Positions 1 to 10,031 of a stretch of DNA of 64,000 bases are shown piece after piece (position 1 is the first letter of the stretch; each line of letters starts with the position of its first letter). Position numbers and translations under genes: made by a program. Location of the stretch: the NCBI GenBank assembly GCA_021780535.1, contig JAJXYN010000011.1, positions 15,295 through 79,294 of the forward strand, written 5' to 3'. The notes beneath the pieces are model-generated. The model saw nothing but the letters and a program-made list of their open reading frames with translations, was not told where the DNA came from and searched no databases. The DNA is from a bacterium (lineage in GTDB: Bacteria > Patescibacteriota > Patescibacteriia > JAGPKW01).

Positions 1-156
1 TTTTTTGGGAGTATTGGACTTATAACAAATTCTTTGTTAAAGTTTTGGGCTATAATATCAGCTTTTTTATTTATGATAATTGGATTATTTGTTGTTGGAT
101 ATGTTAGAAAAAGAATGAAAATAGAAAGCGAGAAAAACGATAAAATTGAATTTTAA
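1..156 (+). CDS. 3' end of a membrane protein (partial; possibly MraY/WecA-like GT4 transferase)
   Basis: Frame 1 is open from the window edge to TAA at 154-156; hydrophobic segment then charged tail; lies just upstream of a GT2 gene. Confidence 0.45.
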   Translation, partial: FFGSIGLITNSLLKFWAIISAFLFMIIGLFVVGYVRKRMKIESEKNDKIEF

Positions 157-166
157 GAAATAAATT

Positions 167-955
167 ATGAAACTTTCTTTGATTATTGTTGCTTACAACA
201 TGAAAGATCTCGTTTTTAAGCAAATTAGTCATCTACACAATATAAAAACCAATATTGATTATGAAGTTATTATTGTTGATAATGGATCAACGGATAATAT
301 TATAAGTATTTCATCAGATTTTTCTGATGTAAAATTTGTTTTGTCTAAAAATAATTTAGGATATTTTGGTGGAGCTAATTTGGGTGTAAAAGTTTCATCA
401 GGAGAGTATTTATTTATTTTAAATTCTGATATATTAGCCTCTGATTATTGTTTTGATGAACTTATAAATTTTATTGAAAATAATGAAAATATTGGCATAA
501 TAGCTCCAAAACTTATATATCCTGATGATAGAGGTGTTCAAAATTCTTGTTTTAGATTTCATAACATAATAACTCCAATTATTAGAAGAACTTTTTTAGG
601 AGAAACTAAATTTGGTATGTTTGAAAATAGTAAAATGCTAATGGAAGATTTTGATCATAATGATGTTATAGAATGTGATTGGATACTTGGGGCTGCTTTT
701 ATTATTAAAAAAGATTTTTTAAAAAGTATTGGAGGTTTTGATGAAAGATATTTTCTTTATTATGAAGATATGGATATATGTAAAACAACGTGGATAAATG
801 ATAAAAAAGTTGTTTATTATAATAAAACTTATATGATTCATGATCATGCTAGAAATTCTGCAAAAAATAAAACTTTTTTAGATTTTCTTAGAAATAAAAC
901 TTTAAAAATACATATTATATCTAGTATTAAGTATTTTTTTAAATTTATAATTTGA
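167..955 (+). CDS. Glycosyltransferase family 2 (WbbL/rhamnosyltransferase-like)
   Basis: SLIIVAYN, VDNGSTD, NLGYFGGANLG, LNSD and GGFDERYFLYYEDMD motifs. Confidence 0.9.
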   Translation: MKLSLIIVAYNMKDLVFKQISHLHNIKTNIDYEVIIVDNGSTDNIISISSDFSDVKFVLSKNNLGYFGGANLGVKVSSGEYLFILNSDILASDYCFDELINFIENNENIGIIAPKLIYPDDRGVQNSCFRFHNIITPIIRRTFLGETKFGMFENSKMLMEDFDHNDVIECDWILGAAFIIKKDFLKSIGGFDERYFLYYEDMDICKTTWINDKKVVYYNKTYMIHDHARNSAKNKTFLDFLRNKTLKIHIISSIKYFFKFII

Positions 956-1011
956 TTTACGCATGTTTTTATGCTATAAATTATATTAACATTTTTTGTT
1001 CGGAGGGTTTG

Positions 1012-1278
1012 ATGGCTGTAATAGGTGTTACTGAAACCAAAAGACAAATCAAAGCATCTGTTGTTTTGTCAAATCTCAGCGCTTTTCTTGGATGGGGAGG
1101 TAATCCTTATGTTGAAACATTGAGATCGTTGGTAGTGCAGGATAGTTCTGGATATATAACCGAAACTTCAATTACTAATTTGAATTATAGAGTTACTGGT
1201 TATATTGATAGAGTTAAGGATATTAAGCATAAAAAACAACTTGAAAAATTTTCTAATTATTTAGATTGCGAAATCTAA
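1012..1278 (+). CDS. Hypothetical ORFan, 88 aa (start moved to ATG 1012)
   Basis: GGAGGG SD at 1002-1007 before ATG 1012; followed by a terminator. Confidence 0.6.
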   Translation: MAVIGVTETKRQIKASVVLSNLSAFLGWGGNPYVETLRSLVVQDSSGYITETSITNLNYRVTGYIDRVKDIKHKKQLEKFSNYLDCEI

Positions 1279-1289
1279 ATAATCTTTTA

Positions 1290-1320
1290 ATGCCACTATT
1301 TTGTGGCGTTTTTTATTTTT
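1290..1320 (+). terminator. Intrinsic terminator
   Basis: atgccac-tatttt-gtggcgt followed by a T tract. Confidence 0.7.
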
Positions 1321-1404
1321 ACTGACAACATTTATACTTATTTGACAAAATGATGAAAAAGTGTTAAATTCTGTTTATGATTTTAGTTTTATTGTTTTAA
1401 ATTT

Positions 1405-3408
1405 ATGACAAATTTTAGCAAAAAAGAATTAAGAAAATATATTCTTAGGAGCTTAATAGCGCTTGTTTCCTTTTGTTTTGTGTTATTAATAGCAATAAAC
1501 GCATATCCTATTGTTAAAATATATAACTTATCTAAATCTATAAAAACAAATTTAAATATATTCCAAACTCAATTAGAGAAGGGTGATATAAAAAATTCAT
1601 TAACCACTGCTAACTTAATAATTGGAAATTCTAAAGATTTAAGAAATAATATAAATAATCTAAAAATATTGAATTATTTACCACAGGTTAGCGATAATAT
1701 AAATTCAGTAGATAACTTATCAGAAATATTAACGTTATCTATCAATAGTTATATAGAAATATATCCAACTATAGAGAAAAATATAAATATTTTCACCAAA
1801 AAAGATAGTTCTAAAATTATATCATTGCCGAAAAATGAAAAAGCCCAAATAATAAGTAGTATAAGCAACTCCCAAGTTGCTATAAATAATATAGAAAAAA
1901 ATATTGTTAGGATAGTTTATTTAATTGATGAAAATAAAAATAATAAAAACATAGTAAAGCCAATAAAAGATGTTTGGAATAAGATAAATTCTCAATATTC
2001 AAACATTAAACTTTTGGAAAAATTTTTGCCGGTAATAAAATCCTTACCAGAAATACTTGGAAGCACAAATGATGCTAAATATTTATTATTATTTCAAAAT
2101 AATACAGAATTAAGACCAACTGGTGGATTTATTGGGACTTACGGGACCATAATGATTTCAAATGGTGAAATAGGGGAAGTCTTTACTGATAATGTTTATA
2201 ATTTAGATAGAGCATCTGCTTCTAGAGTAAAAATAGAACCACCAAAACCACTAAAAGATTATTTAAAAATTAGCAATTTATTTTTGAGAGATGCTAATTT
2301 TAATCCAGATTATGAAGAAAGTGCAAAATATATAGCCGATTTATATAAAAAAGAAAGTCAAAATCAATATCCTATAACAGGCGTAATTGCTATTACTCCA
2401 GATGTTTTACAATCTATTATTGGATATTTTGGAGAAGTTGAAGCTATGGGATTAAAATTTAATAAAGAAAACTCAACCGATTTATTAAATTACGAAACAA
2501 AATTTGGTTATTGGAAAGATAAAAACATGGATGTGAGCCAAAGAAAAATTATTATTCAAAAATTGGCTGATGTTATATTTAAAAAAATTAAATCTTTGTC
2601 GTTAAGCGACTTAAAAAACCTTGCTGGAGTTATTTCTGATAATTTAGATAAAAAACAAATGCTACTTTATTTTAGCAATAAAGATGCGCAAAATTTTATT
2701 GTTTCAAATAATTGGGGTGGTAAATTTTTAGATAGTACAAATTCTGATTATTTTTCTGTGATTGATACTAATGTTTTATCTGGGAAATCAGAACCTTATG
2801 TTGATAAGAATTTGGATTATGATTTAAAGATGGTTGGCAATGATTTGATTGCTACTTTAAGTTTAACTTATAGACTTAGATATGATGATTATCTTAAAAA
2901 TGGCATATATCAGGATAACCCAGGATATCTTCAAGAATACAAATCTTACACCAGAGTTTATGTACCAAGTGGGTCTTGGCTTAATTTTATACAAAAAAAT
3001 GATGATATAGCTACTAGAAATAATGTTGATTTTAAAGACGAAAACGGGAAAGCTTCTTTTGGATTTTATTTAACAGTGCCAAAAAATACAACTGTAACAT
3101 ATAAACTTGAATATAAATTACCAAAAGAATTAGCTGATAAATTTAAAAATAGTTATTCTTTGATATATCAAAAACAATCAGGCCTACATGGAAATAAATT
3201 AAATATCAACATTGATATAAACAAAACAATAAAATCATATACAATAACAGACCAAAATGATTTATTGATCAATTCTTATAATGATAAGTTTAATCTAAAT
3301 GGTTTTGCTGATAACGATAAGAAGATTAATATAAAATTTTATTCAGATTCAAATATGAGTTATTTAAAAGAAATAGTAAATAAAAATTATTTAACTCTCC
3401 TAAAATAA
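1405..3408 (+). CDS. DUF4012-domain membrane-anchored protein
   Basis: N-terminal TM; YLLLFQNNTELRPTGGFIG, RDANFNPD and YTRVYVP motifs. Confidence 0.8.
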   Translation: MTNFSKKELRKYILRSLIALVSFCFVLLIAINAYPIVKIYNLSKSIKTNLNIFQTQLEKGDIKNSLTTANLIIGNSKDLRNNINNLKILNYLPQVSDNINSVDNLSEILTLSINSYIEIYPTIEKNINIFTKKDSSKIISLPKNEKAQIISSISNSQVAINNIEKNIVRIVYLIDENKNNKNIVKPIKDVWNKINSQYSNIKLLEKFLPVIKSLPEILGSTNDAKYLLLFQNNTELRPTGGFIGTYGTIMISNGEIGEVFTDNVYNLDRASASRVKIEPPKPLKDYLKISNLFLRDANFNPDYEESAKYIADLYKKESQNQYPITGVIAITPDVLQSIIGYFGEVEAMGLKFNKENSTDLLNYETKFGYWKDKNMDVSQRKIIIQKLADVIFKKIKSLSLSDLKNLAGVISDNLDKKQMLLYFSNKDAQNFIVSNNWGGKFLDSTNSDYFSVIDTNVLSGKSEPYVDKNLDYDLKMVGNDLIATLSLTYRLRYDDYLKNGIYQDNPGYLQEYKSYTRVYVPSGSWLNFIQKNDDIATRNNVDFKDENGKASFGFYLTVPKNTTVTYKLEYKLPKELADKFKNSYSLIYQKQSGLHGNKLNINIDINKTIKSYTITDQNDLLINSYNDKFNLNGFADNDKKINIKFYSDSNMSYLKEIVNKNYLTLLK

Positions 3409-3411
3409 TTT

Positions 3412-5433
3412 ATGATAAATATTAAAGATAAAAAATTCATAAAATATTCAATAATGGGATTTTTATCTCTTATTGGTTTTATTTTGCTTTTATCAATAAT
3501 ATTAAATATCATTCCTGCTTATAATATATATAAATTATCAAAATCAATACAACCAAATATAACTCTTTTAGAAATACAGTTTAATAAAAAAGATTTTGAT
3601 AATTTAAAAATTACTATAAAAAAAATTAATAACGATTCTATAACTTTAAAACAAAATTTAAATAATTTGAAAATCATTACAATAATCTCTCAAATTTCAA
3701 ATAATGTAGAATCTGCAAAAGCATTATCTGATATTGTAACATTGGCAACTGACAGTATTATTAAAGTTTATCCTGTGTTTGAAGAAGATTATTCCATACT
3801 TTATGATACTAGTAACGTGAAAATAATTTCTATGCCAAAAGAAAAAAAGGCAAAGATAATAGCTAGTATATATAAAATTCAACCAGACCTTGATGAAGTT
3901 AATAAAAATATAAATAAAGTTCTAGATTTAATAAAATCAAACAAAGATAATAAAGATACAATAAAACCTATACAAGATATTTGGAGTAAAATAAATTCTC
4001 AATATTCAAATGTAGAAAAAATTCAAAAAATTTTCCCATTAATTAAAGCTTTGCCTGATTTACTAGGAACCCCAAAAAATTCAAAATATTTATTTTTATT
4101 TGAAAATAATACAGAATTAAGGCCAACAGGTGGTTTTATAGGAAGTTATGGTATTGTTAATATTTCAGAAGGAAATATAGGGAGAGTATTTACTGATAAT
4201 ATTTACAATCTAGATAACGCTAATATTAATAGACTTAAAATAACACCACCAGAACCAATAAAAGAGCATCTTAATCAAAGTTACTTATATTTAAGAGATG
4301 CCAATTGGAATCCTGATTATGAGGAATCTGCAAATTATTTAGCAAACTTGTATAAAAAAGAAAGTAGAAATCAATATCCTATTACTGGAGTAATAGCTTT
4401 AACACCCTCTGCAATACAAGACATAATAGGATATTTTGGGGAAATAGATGTTATGGGAACAAAATTTAATAAAGAAAATGCTACTGATTTATTAAATTAT
4501 GAAACTAAATTTGCTTATTGGGAAACGAGAGGAATAAGTGAAAGTAAAAGAAAAATTATCATTCAAAAAATGGCTGATATTTTATTTGAAAAAATAAAAT
4601 CTTTATCTCTTTCTAAAATTAACGATATTGCTAATATTATTGCAAGCAATCTAGATAAAAAACAAATACTTTTGTATTTTAATAATAAAGATGCTGAACA
4701 ATTTGCTATTAATAATAATTGGGCTGGCAAAATGACTGCTAATAATAATTCTGATTATTTTGCTGTTGTTGATGCAAACTTATCATCAGGAAAATCAGAT
4801 CCTTATATAGATAGAAATATAGATTATGACTTGAGATATGTTAATAACGAATTAGTGGCTACTTTAAGCTTAACTTATAAACATAGATATGATGATTATA
4901 TAAAGAATACAATATATCAAGATAATTTAAGTTATGTTCAAGAATATAAATCATATACTAGAGTTTATGTCCCAGAAGGTTCAAAATTGAATTCTTTACA
5001 AATTGACGACAATCCTCCAAGTATAGATAATATTGATTTTAAAAACGAAAACGGAAAAACATCTTTTGGATTTTATATGGTTATCCCAAAAAATGAAACA
5101 GTAACTTATAAATTTGAATATATAATACCAAAAGAATTAGCTGATAAATTTAAAAAAGAATACTCTTTAATATATCAAAAACAGGCTGGTGTTTATTTTA
5201 ATAAAATCAATGTTAATATTGATTTAAATAAAGCGATTGAGTCTTATAGTATTTCTAATGATACCGGGTTAACATTTAATACTTACAATAAAAAAATAAA
5301 TTTTAATGGAACAACAAATAGTGATAGAACTATAGATGTGAAGTTTTATTCTAATTCTGATATTGGATATTTGCAAAATGTAATTAAAAAAAATTATTTA
5401 AGCTTTAGAAAAGAAACACCACTTGGAAACTAA
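3412..5433 (+). CDS. DUF4012-domain protein, tandem paralog
   Basis: FENNTELRPTGGFIG, RDANWNPD and YTRVYVP motifs; colinear with the upstream gene. Confidence 0.8.
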   Translation: MINIKDKKFIKYSIMGFLSLIGFILLLSIILNIIPAYNIYKLSKSIQPNITLLEIQFNKKDFDNLKITIKKINNDSITLKQNLNNLKIITIISQISNNVESAKALSDIVTLATDSIIKVYPVFEEDYSILYDTSNVKIISMPKEKKAKIIASIYKIQPDLDEVNKNINKVLDLIKSNKDNKDTIKPIQDIWSKINSQYSNVEKIQKIFPLIKALPDLLGTPKNSKYLFLFENNTELRPTGGFIGSYGIVNISEGNIGRVFTDNIYNLDNANINRLKITPPEPIKEHLNQSYLYLRDANWNPDYEESANYLANLYKKESRNQYPITGVIALTPSAIQDIIGYFGEIDVMGTKFNKENATDLLNYETKFAYWETRGISESKRKIIIQKMADILFEKIKSLSLSKINDIANIIASNLDKKQILLYFNNKDAEQFAINNNWAGKMTANNNSDYFAVVDANLSSGKSDPYIDRNIDYDLRYVNNELVATLSLTYKHRYDDYIKNTIYQDNLSYVQEYKSYTRVYVPEGSKLNSLQIDDNPPSIDNIDFKNENGKTSFGFYMVIPKNETVTYKFEYIIPKELADKFKKEYSLIYQKQAGVYFNKINVNIDLNKAIESYSISNDTGLTFNTYNKKINFNGTTNSDRTIDVKFYSNSDIGYLQNVIKKNYLSFRKETPLGN

Positions 5434-5479
5434 GGTGTTTTCTTTTTTGAAAAAATAGTATAAAATTTACTAACAATGC

Positions 5480-5577
5480 TAAATCTAGTTAATAATATTT
5501 TCTTTTCATGGTGTTCCGCTCAATTAAGATATCGTAAGAGCTTCACAAATGAATGAAAACATTATTAACTAGATTTA
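5480..5577 (+). repeat. Dispersed ~95 nt hairpin motif, copy 1 (candidate ncRNA)
   Basis: Outer stem taaatctagttaataat/attattaactagattta; core gtgttccgctcaatt...gagcttcacaaatgaa shared with three other copies. Confidence 0.8.
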
Positions 5578-5597
5578 TATTAATTTTTTAATAATTT

Positions 5598-6686
5598 ATG
5601 ATAGATATTAATCAACTACAATTTTACAAAAATAGACTTTCTGAATTAGAGTCTAGCCTTTCTAACCCAGGAATTACTTCTAATTCTAAAAAAATAGAAG
5701 AAGTTTCTAGAGAATATAAAACTACAAAGGAAATTGTAGATGTTTTTTCTGATTATAAAAAATGCCTTGAAGATATAGATAGCACAAATGAAATTATTGG
5801 TTCTAGTGACGAATCTATGAAAATTATGGCCGAAGAAGAGTTAGTTCAATTAAATTCTAAATTTATTAATATTGAAAATCAATTAAAACTTTTACTTGTT
5901 CCAAACGATCCTAAAGATGATAAAAACGCTATTTTGGAAATTAGAGCTGGTGTAGGCGGAGATGAGGCTGAGCTTTTTGCTGGAGATCTTCTTCGTATGT
6001 ACACATTATATGCTCAAAGAAAAGGTTTAAAATTAGAAATTATTGATATTAGTAAGAATCCTCTTGGCGGAGTTAAAGAGGCTATTATTAAAGTTGCCGG
6101 AAACGGTGCTTATGGATTATTAAAATGGGAAAGTGGTGTTCATAGAGTTCAAAGAGTTCCTGAAACTGAAAAATCTGGTAGAGTTCACACTTCTGCTGCT
6201 ACTGTTGCTATTATGCCGGAAGCTGAAGAAACTGATATTAAAATAGAGGCTAAAGACCTTAGAATAGATACTTTTTGTTCTTCTGGAGCTGGGGGACAAT
6301 CTGTAAATACTACATATTCTGCTGTTAGAATTGTTCATATTCCATCTGGGCTAGTTGTGTCTTCTCAAGATGAAAGAAATCAAACTCAAAACAAAGAAAG
6401 AGCTATGATGGTTTTAAGATCTAGACTTTATGCTATGGAAGAAGAAAGGAAAGCTCAGGAAGAAAGAGATTTAAGAAAAGGGCAAGTTGGGACTGGTGGT
6501 AGAGGTGAAAAAATTAGAACTTATAATTTCCCTCAAGATAGAGTTACAGATCACAGAATTAAATTATCTCTACATGGCCTACCAGGAATACTTAATGGTA
6601 ATATAGATGAAATAATAAATGGGTTGAAAATTGCTAGCACTGAAAAAGATTTAACAAATGTTGGTAATAATGATGACGAGGAATAA
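5598..6686 (+). CDS. prfA: Peptide chain release factor 1
   Basis: GGQ motif, PET anticodon-mimic (QRVPETE), [13 protein letters not shown]. Confidence 0.97.
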   Translation: MIDINQLQFYKNRLSELESSLSNPGITSNSKKIEEVSREYKTTKEIVDVFSDYKKCLEDIDSTNEIIGSSDESMKIMAEEELVQLNSKFINIENQLKLLLVPNDPKDDKNAILEIRAGVGGDEAELFAGDLLRMYTLYAQRKGLKLEIIDISKNPLGGVKEAIIKVAGNGAYGLLKWESGVHRVQRVPETEKSGRVHTSAATVAIMPEAEETDIKIEAKDLRIDTFCSSGAGGQSVNTTYSAVRIVHIPSGLVVSSQDERNQTQNKERAMMVLRSRLYAMEEERKAQEERDLRKGQVGTGGRGEKIRTYNFPQDRVTDHRIKLSLHGLPGILNGNIDEIINGLKIASTEKDLTNVGNNDDEE

Positions 6687-6693
6687 TGTATTG

Positions 6694-6730
6694 AAAAAAA
6701 TCAAGATTTTATTATCTTGATTTTTTATTT
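6694..6730 (+). terminator. Intrinsic terminator after prfA
   Basis: aaaaaatcaagat...atcttgatttttt inverted repeat. Confidence 0.65.
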
Positions 6731-6742
6731 TTATAGTTACAT

Positions 6743-6839
6743 ATAATTTAATTAATAATATTTTCTTGTTCTGTGTTCCGCTCAATTGGGATATCAAACG
6801 AGCTTCACAACGAAACGAAAACATTATTAATTAAATTAT
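6743..6839 (+). repeat. Dispersed ~95 nt hairpin motif, copy 2
   Basis: Outer stem ataatttaattaataat/attattaattaaattat; core gtgttccgctcaattgggatatcaaacgagcttcacaa. Confidence 0.8.
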
Positions 6840-6904
6840 TTAAACTTTATACATTTCCATTTTTATGCTATAATATACTTAATGATTTTTAACCAAAACA
6901 TTAA

Positions 6905-8179
6905 ATGGATAAATTTGAACTAAAAGCTTATTCTTTATTCTTTATTTTTGTTTTTGTTTTAATTCAACCATTATCTATATTTGCTGAAAGTTCTACTTAT
7001 TACCAAGAACAGATAAATAAATTAAAGCAACAAACGGCTGAAAAAAACGATGCTATAGCAGAAGCAAAGAAGAAGCAAGATGAATATCAGGCTATTATTG
7101 ATCAAAAAATAGAAGAAAAAACAACCCTAAAAAGCCAAAAAGAAGAAATACAAGGTCAAATTCTTAAAACAAAATTTGATATTATTGAAATTGAAAATTT
7201 AATAGAAAGAACTAATTTAGAAATTCAAACTTTAGATTTGGAAGTAATTCAAACAGAAAAAAATATTGAAGATCAAAAAATAAAAATTGCAGAACTTATA
7301 AAAATTATTTATAAAAATGATAGTAAGGGTATATTAGATGCTTTCTTTCTAAATGATTCCTTATCAGAGTTTTTTGATCAAATTAAATATACCGAATCTA
7401 TAAATAGTGGTCTATCTACTGCTTTAGATGATTACAAACAAAATAAAGAAGACTTAAAAAATAAAAAACAAGAACTTAGAGATAAAGCTTTAGAACTTGA
7501 TCAAAATAAAATGTCTCTTGAAAATAAAAAAGAAGATTTACAAAATGATCAAGATAGATTAGCAAACCTAATACAACAAACTCAAGGGCAAGAAGATAAA
7601 TTCCAGAGTATATTGGCCAGTCAGATTTTGCAGGAAAAATTAATGCAAGCTGAGATTGATCAAATTGAAAAAGACATTAATAGTGCTAATTCTAAATTCA
7701 GAACAGCAAAAGAAAGAGAAGCTATGGAAAAGAAACTTCTTGATATGGGTGGAGCTGTAAGTAATAATAGTCTTTCTTGGCCTGTACCATCAAGAGAAAT
7801 TTTAGCTTATTTTCATGACATACACTATCCGTTTAGAAAACAAATTGGTGAACATTCTGGTGTTGATATAAGAGCTAAGCAAGGTACACCTATATTGGCT
7901 CCTGCTGGTGGGTATGTCGCTATGGCAAAAGATAATGGATATGGTTATAGTTATATATTACTTGTGCATGCTAATGGTGTTTCTACTCTTTATGGACATG
8001 TTTCTGGATTTAATGTTGTTAATGATCAATATGTTAAACAAGGTGACGTAATTGGCTATACTGGTGCAACTCCAGGAACCCGTGGAGCTGGTCCATTTAC
8101 TACTGGAGCTCATTTACATTTTGAAGTTAGAGTTAATGGGATACCGGTTAATCCTTTGGAATATTTAAAGATTAAATAA
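6905..8179 (+). CDS. Coiled-coil M23 peptidase (EnvC/NlpD-like)
   Basis: Signal peptide, long coiled coil, HSGVD and HLHFEVR zinc motifs. Confidence 0.9.
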   Translation: MDKFELKAYSLFFIFVFVLIQPLSIFAESSTYYQEQINKLKQQTAEKNDAIAEAKKKQDEYQAIIDQKIEEKTTLKSQKEEIQGQILKTKFDIIEIENLIERTNLEIQTLDLEVIQTEKNIEDQKIKIAELIKIIYKNDSKGILDAFFLNDSLSEFFDQIKYTESINSGLSTALDDYKQNKEDLKNKKQELRDKALELDQNKMSLENKKEDLQNDQDRLANLIQQTQGQEDKFQSILASQILQEKLMQAEIDQIEKDINSANSKFRTAKEREAMEKKLLDMGGAVSNNSLSWPVPSREILAYFHDIHYPFRKQIGEHSGVDIRAKQGTPILAPAGGYVAMAKDNGYGYSYILLVHANGVSTLYGHVSGFNVVNDQYVKQGDVIGYTGATPGTRGAGPFTTGAHLHFEVRVNGIPVNPLEYLKIK

Positions 8180-8343
8180 AAACAAATTTTAAAAACGAAG
8201 CATCAAAAAACATAATTAAAGAATTAACTAAAGAATAAAAAGTTTTGGCGTGATTGCCAGGATTTTTTATTTTGTTTAAATTGCTTTTTTTGTTTTGTTT
8301 TGATATTATTTTATTATTATTTAGATATTTAAAGAAGAAAAAT

Positions 8344-9642
8344 ATGGAAAGAATTTTTACAAAAGATTTGAAAAATAAAATTGGTGAAAAAGTTTTATTA
8401 AAAGGACATCTCCATAAGGTTAGAGATCTTGGTGGTCTTTGTTTTGGGGTTTTAAGAGATAAAGATGGTATTGTGCAAATTACTACGGAAGATAAAAATT
8501 CTGTTTTACTTAAATTAAAGAGAGAATCTGTTATTGAAGTTACTGGTGAAGTTAAAATTTGTGAAAAAGCTCCTAATGGAATTGAAGTTTATTTAGATTC
8601 AGCGACTTGTCTTGTGGAAGTTAAAGAAGATCTTCCTTTTGAAATAGATAAACCAGAAATCAATGCAAATCTTGATACTGTTTTAAATTTTAGATCAATA
8701 TCACTTAGAAATCTTAGAAATAGATCCATTTTTAAAATTCAAGCTGTTCTTTTGAAAGCTTTTAGAGACTATTTTGTAAAAAATGATTTTGTTGAAATTA
8801 ATACTTCAAAATTATCAGGGCATGCTACCGAGGGTGGAACTACTGTTTTTAAAGTTGAATATTTTGATAGATTTGCATATTTAGCTCAATCCCCACAATT
8901 TTATAAACAAATGATGGTTGGAGTATTTGAAAGAGTTTTTGAAACTAACTTTGTATATAGAGCAGAGGAACATAATACTTCAAGACATTTGAATGAATAT
9001 ATGAGTTTAGATGTTGAAATGGGTTATATTCAATCTGCAACAGATATAATGAAATTAGAGGAAGGCTTTTTGAAACATGCCATAGAGATGTTAAAAAATG
9101 AATGTACAGAGGATTTTGAAAGACTTAAAATTGATTTTGCAATTATTCCAGATTCTGGAATACCTATAATTAGATTTGATGAAGCTCAAAAAATCCTTGA
9201 TGAAAAATATGGACAACATTGTTATGGAGATCCTGATTTTGAACCAGAGCATGAAAAATTGTTAGGTAAATATGCAAAGGAAGAATTAGGTAGTGACTTT
9301 ATATTTATATCTAACTACCCGACAGTTAAAAGACCGATGTACACAATGATTGATCCTGATAATAAAGAATTTACTTTTGGCTTTGATTTGTTATTTAAAG
9401 GTTTAGAAATAACTTCTGGTGCTCAAAGAGAACATAGATATGAAGAATTGGTAAATAATATGAAAAATAAAGGATTAAATCCTGATGATTTTGAGGATTA
9501 TTTAAATCAATTTAAATATGGATTACCACCTCATGGTGGGTTTGCTATTGGACTTGAAAGACTTACTGCACAATTATTAAATATTTCTAATGTTAGAGAA
9601 ACTACATTATTACCTAGAGATTTAGATAGATTAACACCATAA
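8344..9642 (+). CDS. aspS: Aspartyl-tRNA synthetase, archaeal-type non-discriminating
   Basis: OB fold, LAQSPQFYKQ, RAEEHNTSRHLNE, PPHGGFAIGLER; start set at ATG 8344; upstream of gatCAB. Confidence 0.93.
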   Translation: MERIFTKDLKNKIGEKVLLKGHLHKVRDLGGLCFGVLRDKDGIVQITTEDKNSVLLKLKRESVIEVTGEVKICEKAPNGIEVYLDSATCLVEVKEDLPFEIDKPEINANLDTVLNFRSISLRNLRNRSIFKIQAVLLKAFRDYFVKNDFVEINTSKLSGHATEGGTTVFKVEYFDRFAYLAQSPQFYKQMMVGVFERVFETNFVYRAEEHNTSRHLNEYMSLDVEMGYIQSATDIMKLEEGFLKHAIEMLKNECTEDFERLKIDFAIIPDSGIPIIRFDEAQKILDEKYGQHCYGDPDFEPEHEKLLGKYAKEELGSDFIFISNYPTVKRPMYTMIDPDNKEFTFGFDLLFKGLEITSGAQREHRYEELVNNMKNKGLNPDDFEDYLNQFKYGLPPHGGFAIGLERLTAQLLNISNVRETTLLPRDLDRLTP

Positions 9643-9731
9643 AATATTCGGCAGAAATGCCGATTTTTTTAATTGATTTTTATTGAAAAATACGATAAAA
9701 TTTAAAAATAATATTACCTTAATATAAAAAA

Positions 9732-10022
9732 ATGCAAATAGTTGATGAAACTTCAATAAAACATATTGCTAAACTTTCTAAAATTGCTCTAAAAAATGAA
9801 GAAATTCCTGTTTTAGCTAAACAAATAGAACAAATTTTAGAATATGTTGAGCAACTTAATGAAATTCCAGATAATATAGCACCATTAGATAATCTAACTG
9901 GTAATTTTAATAAATTTAGAGAAGATGTTGTTGTTGATTTTAAAAATAAAGAGAAAATTATTTCTAATGCACCAAAAAGTAAAGATGGATTTATATTAGT
10001 ACCAAAGGTTTTGAATAATTAA
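9732..10022 (+). CDS. gatC: Asp/Glu-tRNA amidotransferase subunit C
   Basis: HIAKLSKI, REDVV, NAP..DGFILVPKV. Confidence 0.93.
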   Translation: MQIVDETSIKHIAKLSKIALKNEEIPVLAKQIEQILEYVEQLNEIPDNIAPLDNLTGNFNKFREDVVVDFKNKEKIISNAPKSKDGFILVPKVLNN

Positions 10023-10031
10023 TTTATTAAA

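Noticed and set aside
5480-5577. Hairpin motif as SRP RNA or 6S RNA
   Set aside because: Lacks the SRP helix-8 signature, is too short for 6S, and is multi-copy
8177-8343. TTG-start extension of aspS and A-rich/T-rich arms around ttttggc/gccagga
   Set aside because: Best explained as an extended terminator after the M23 gene; ATG 8344 matches the AspRS N-terminus
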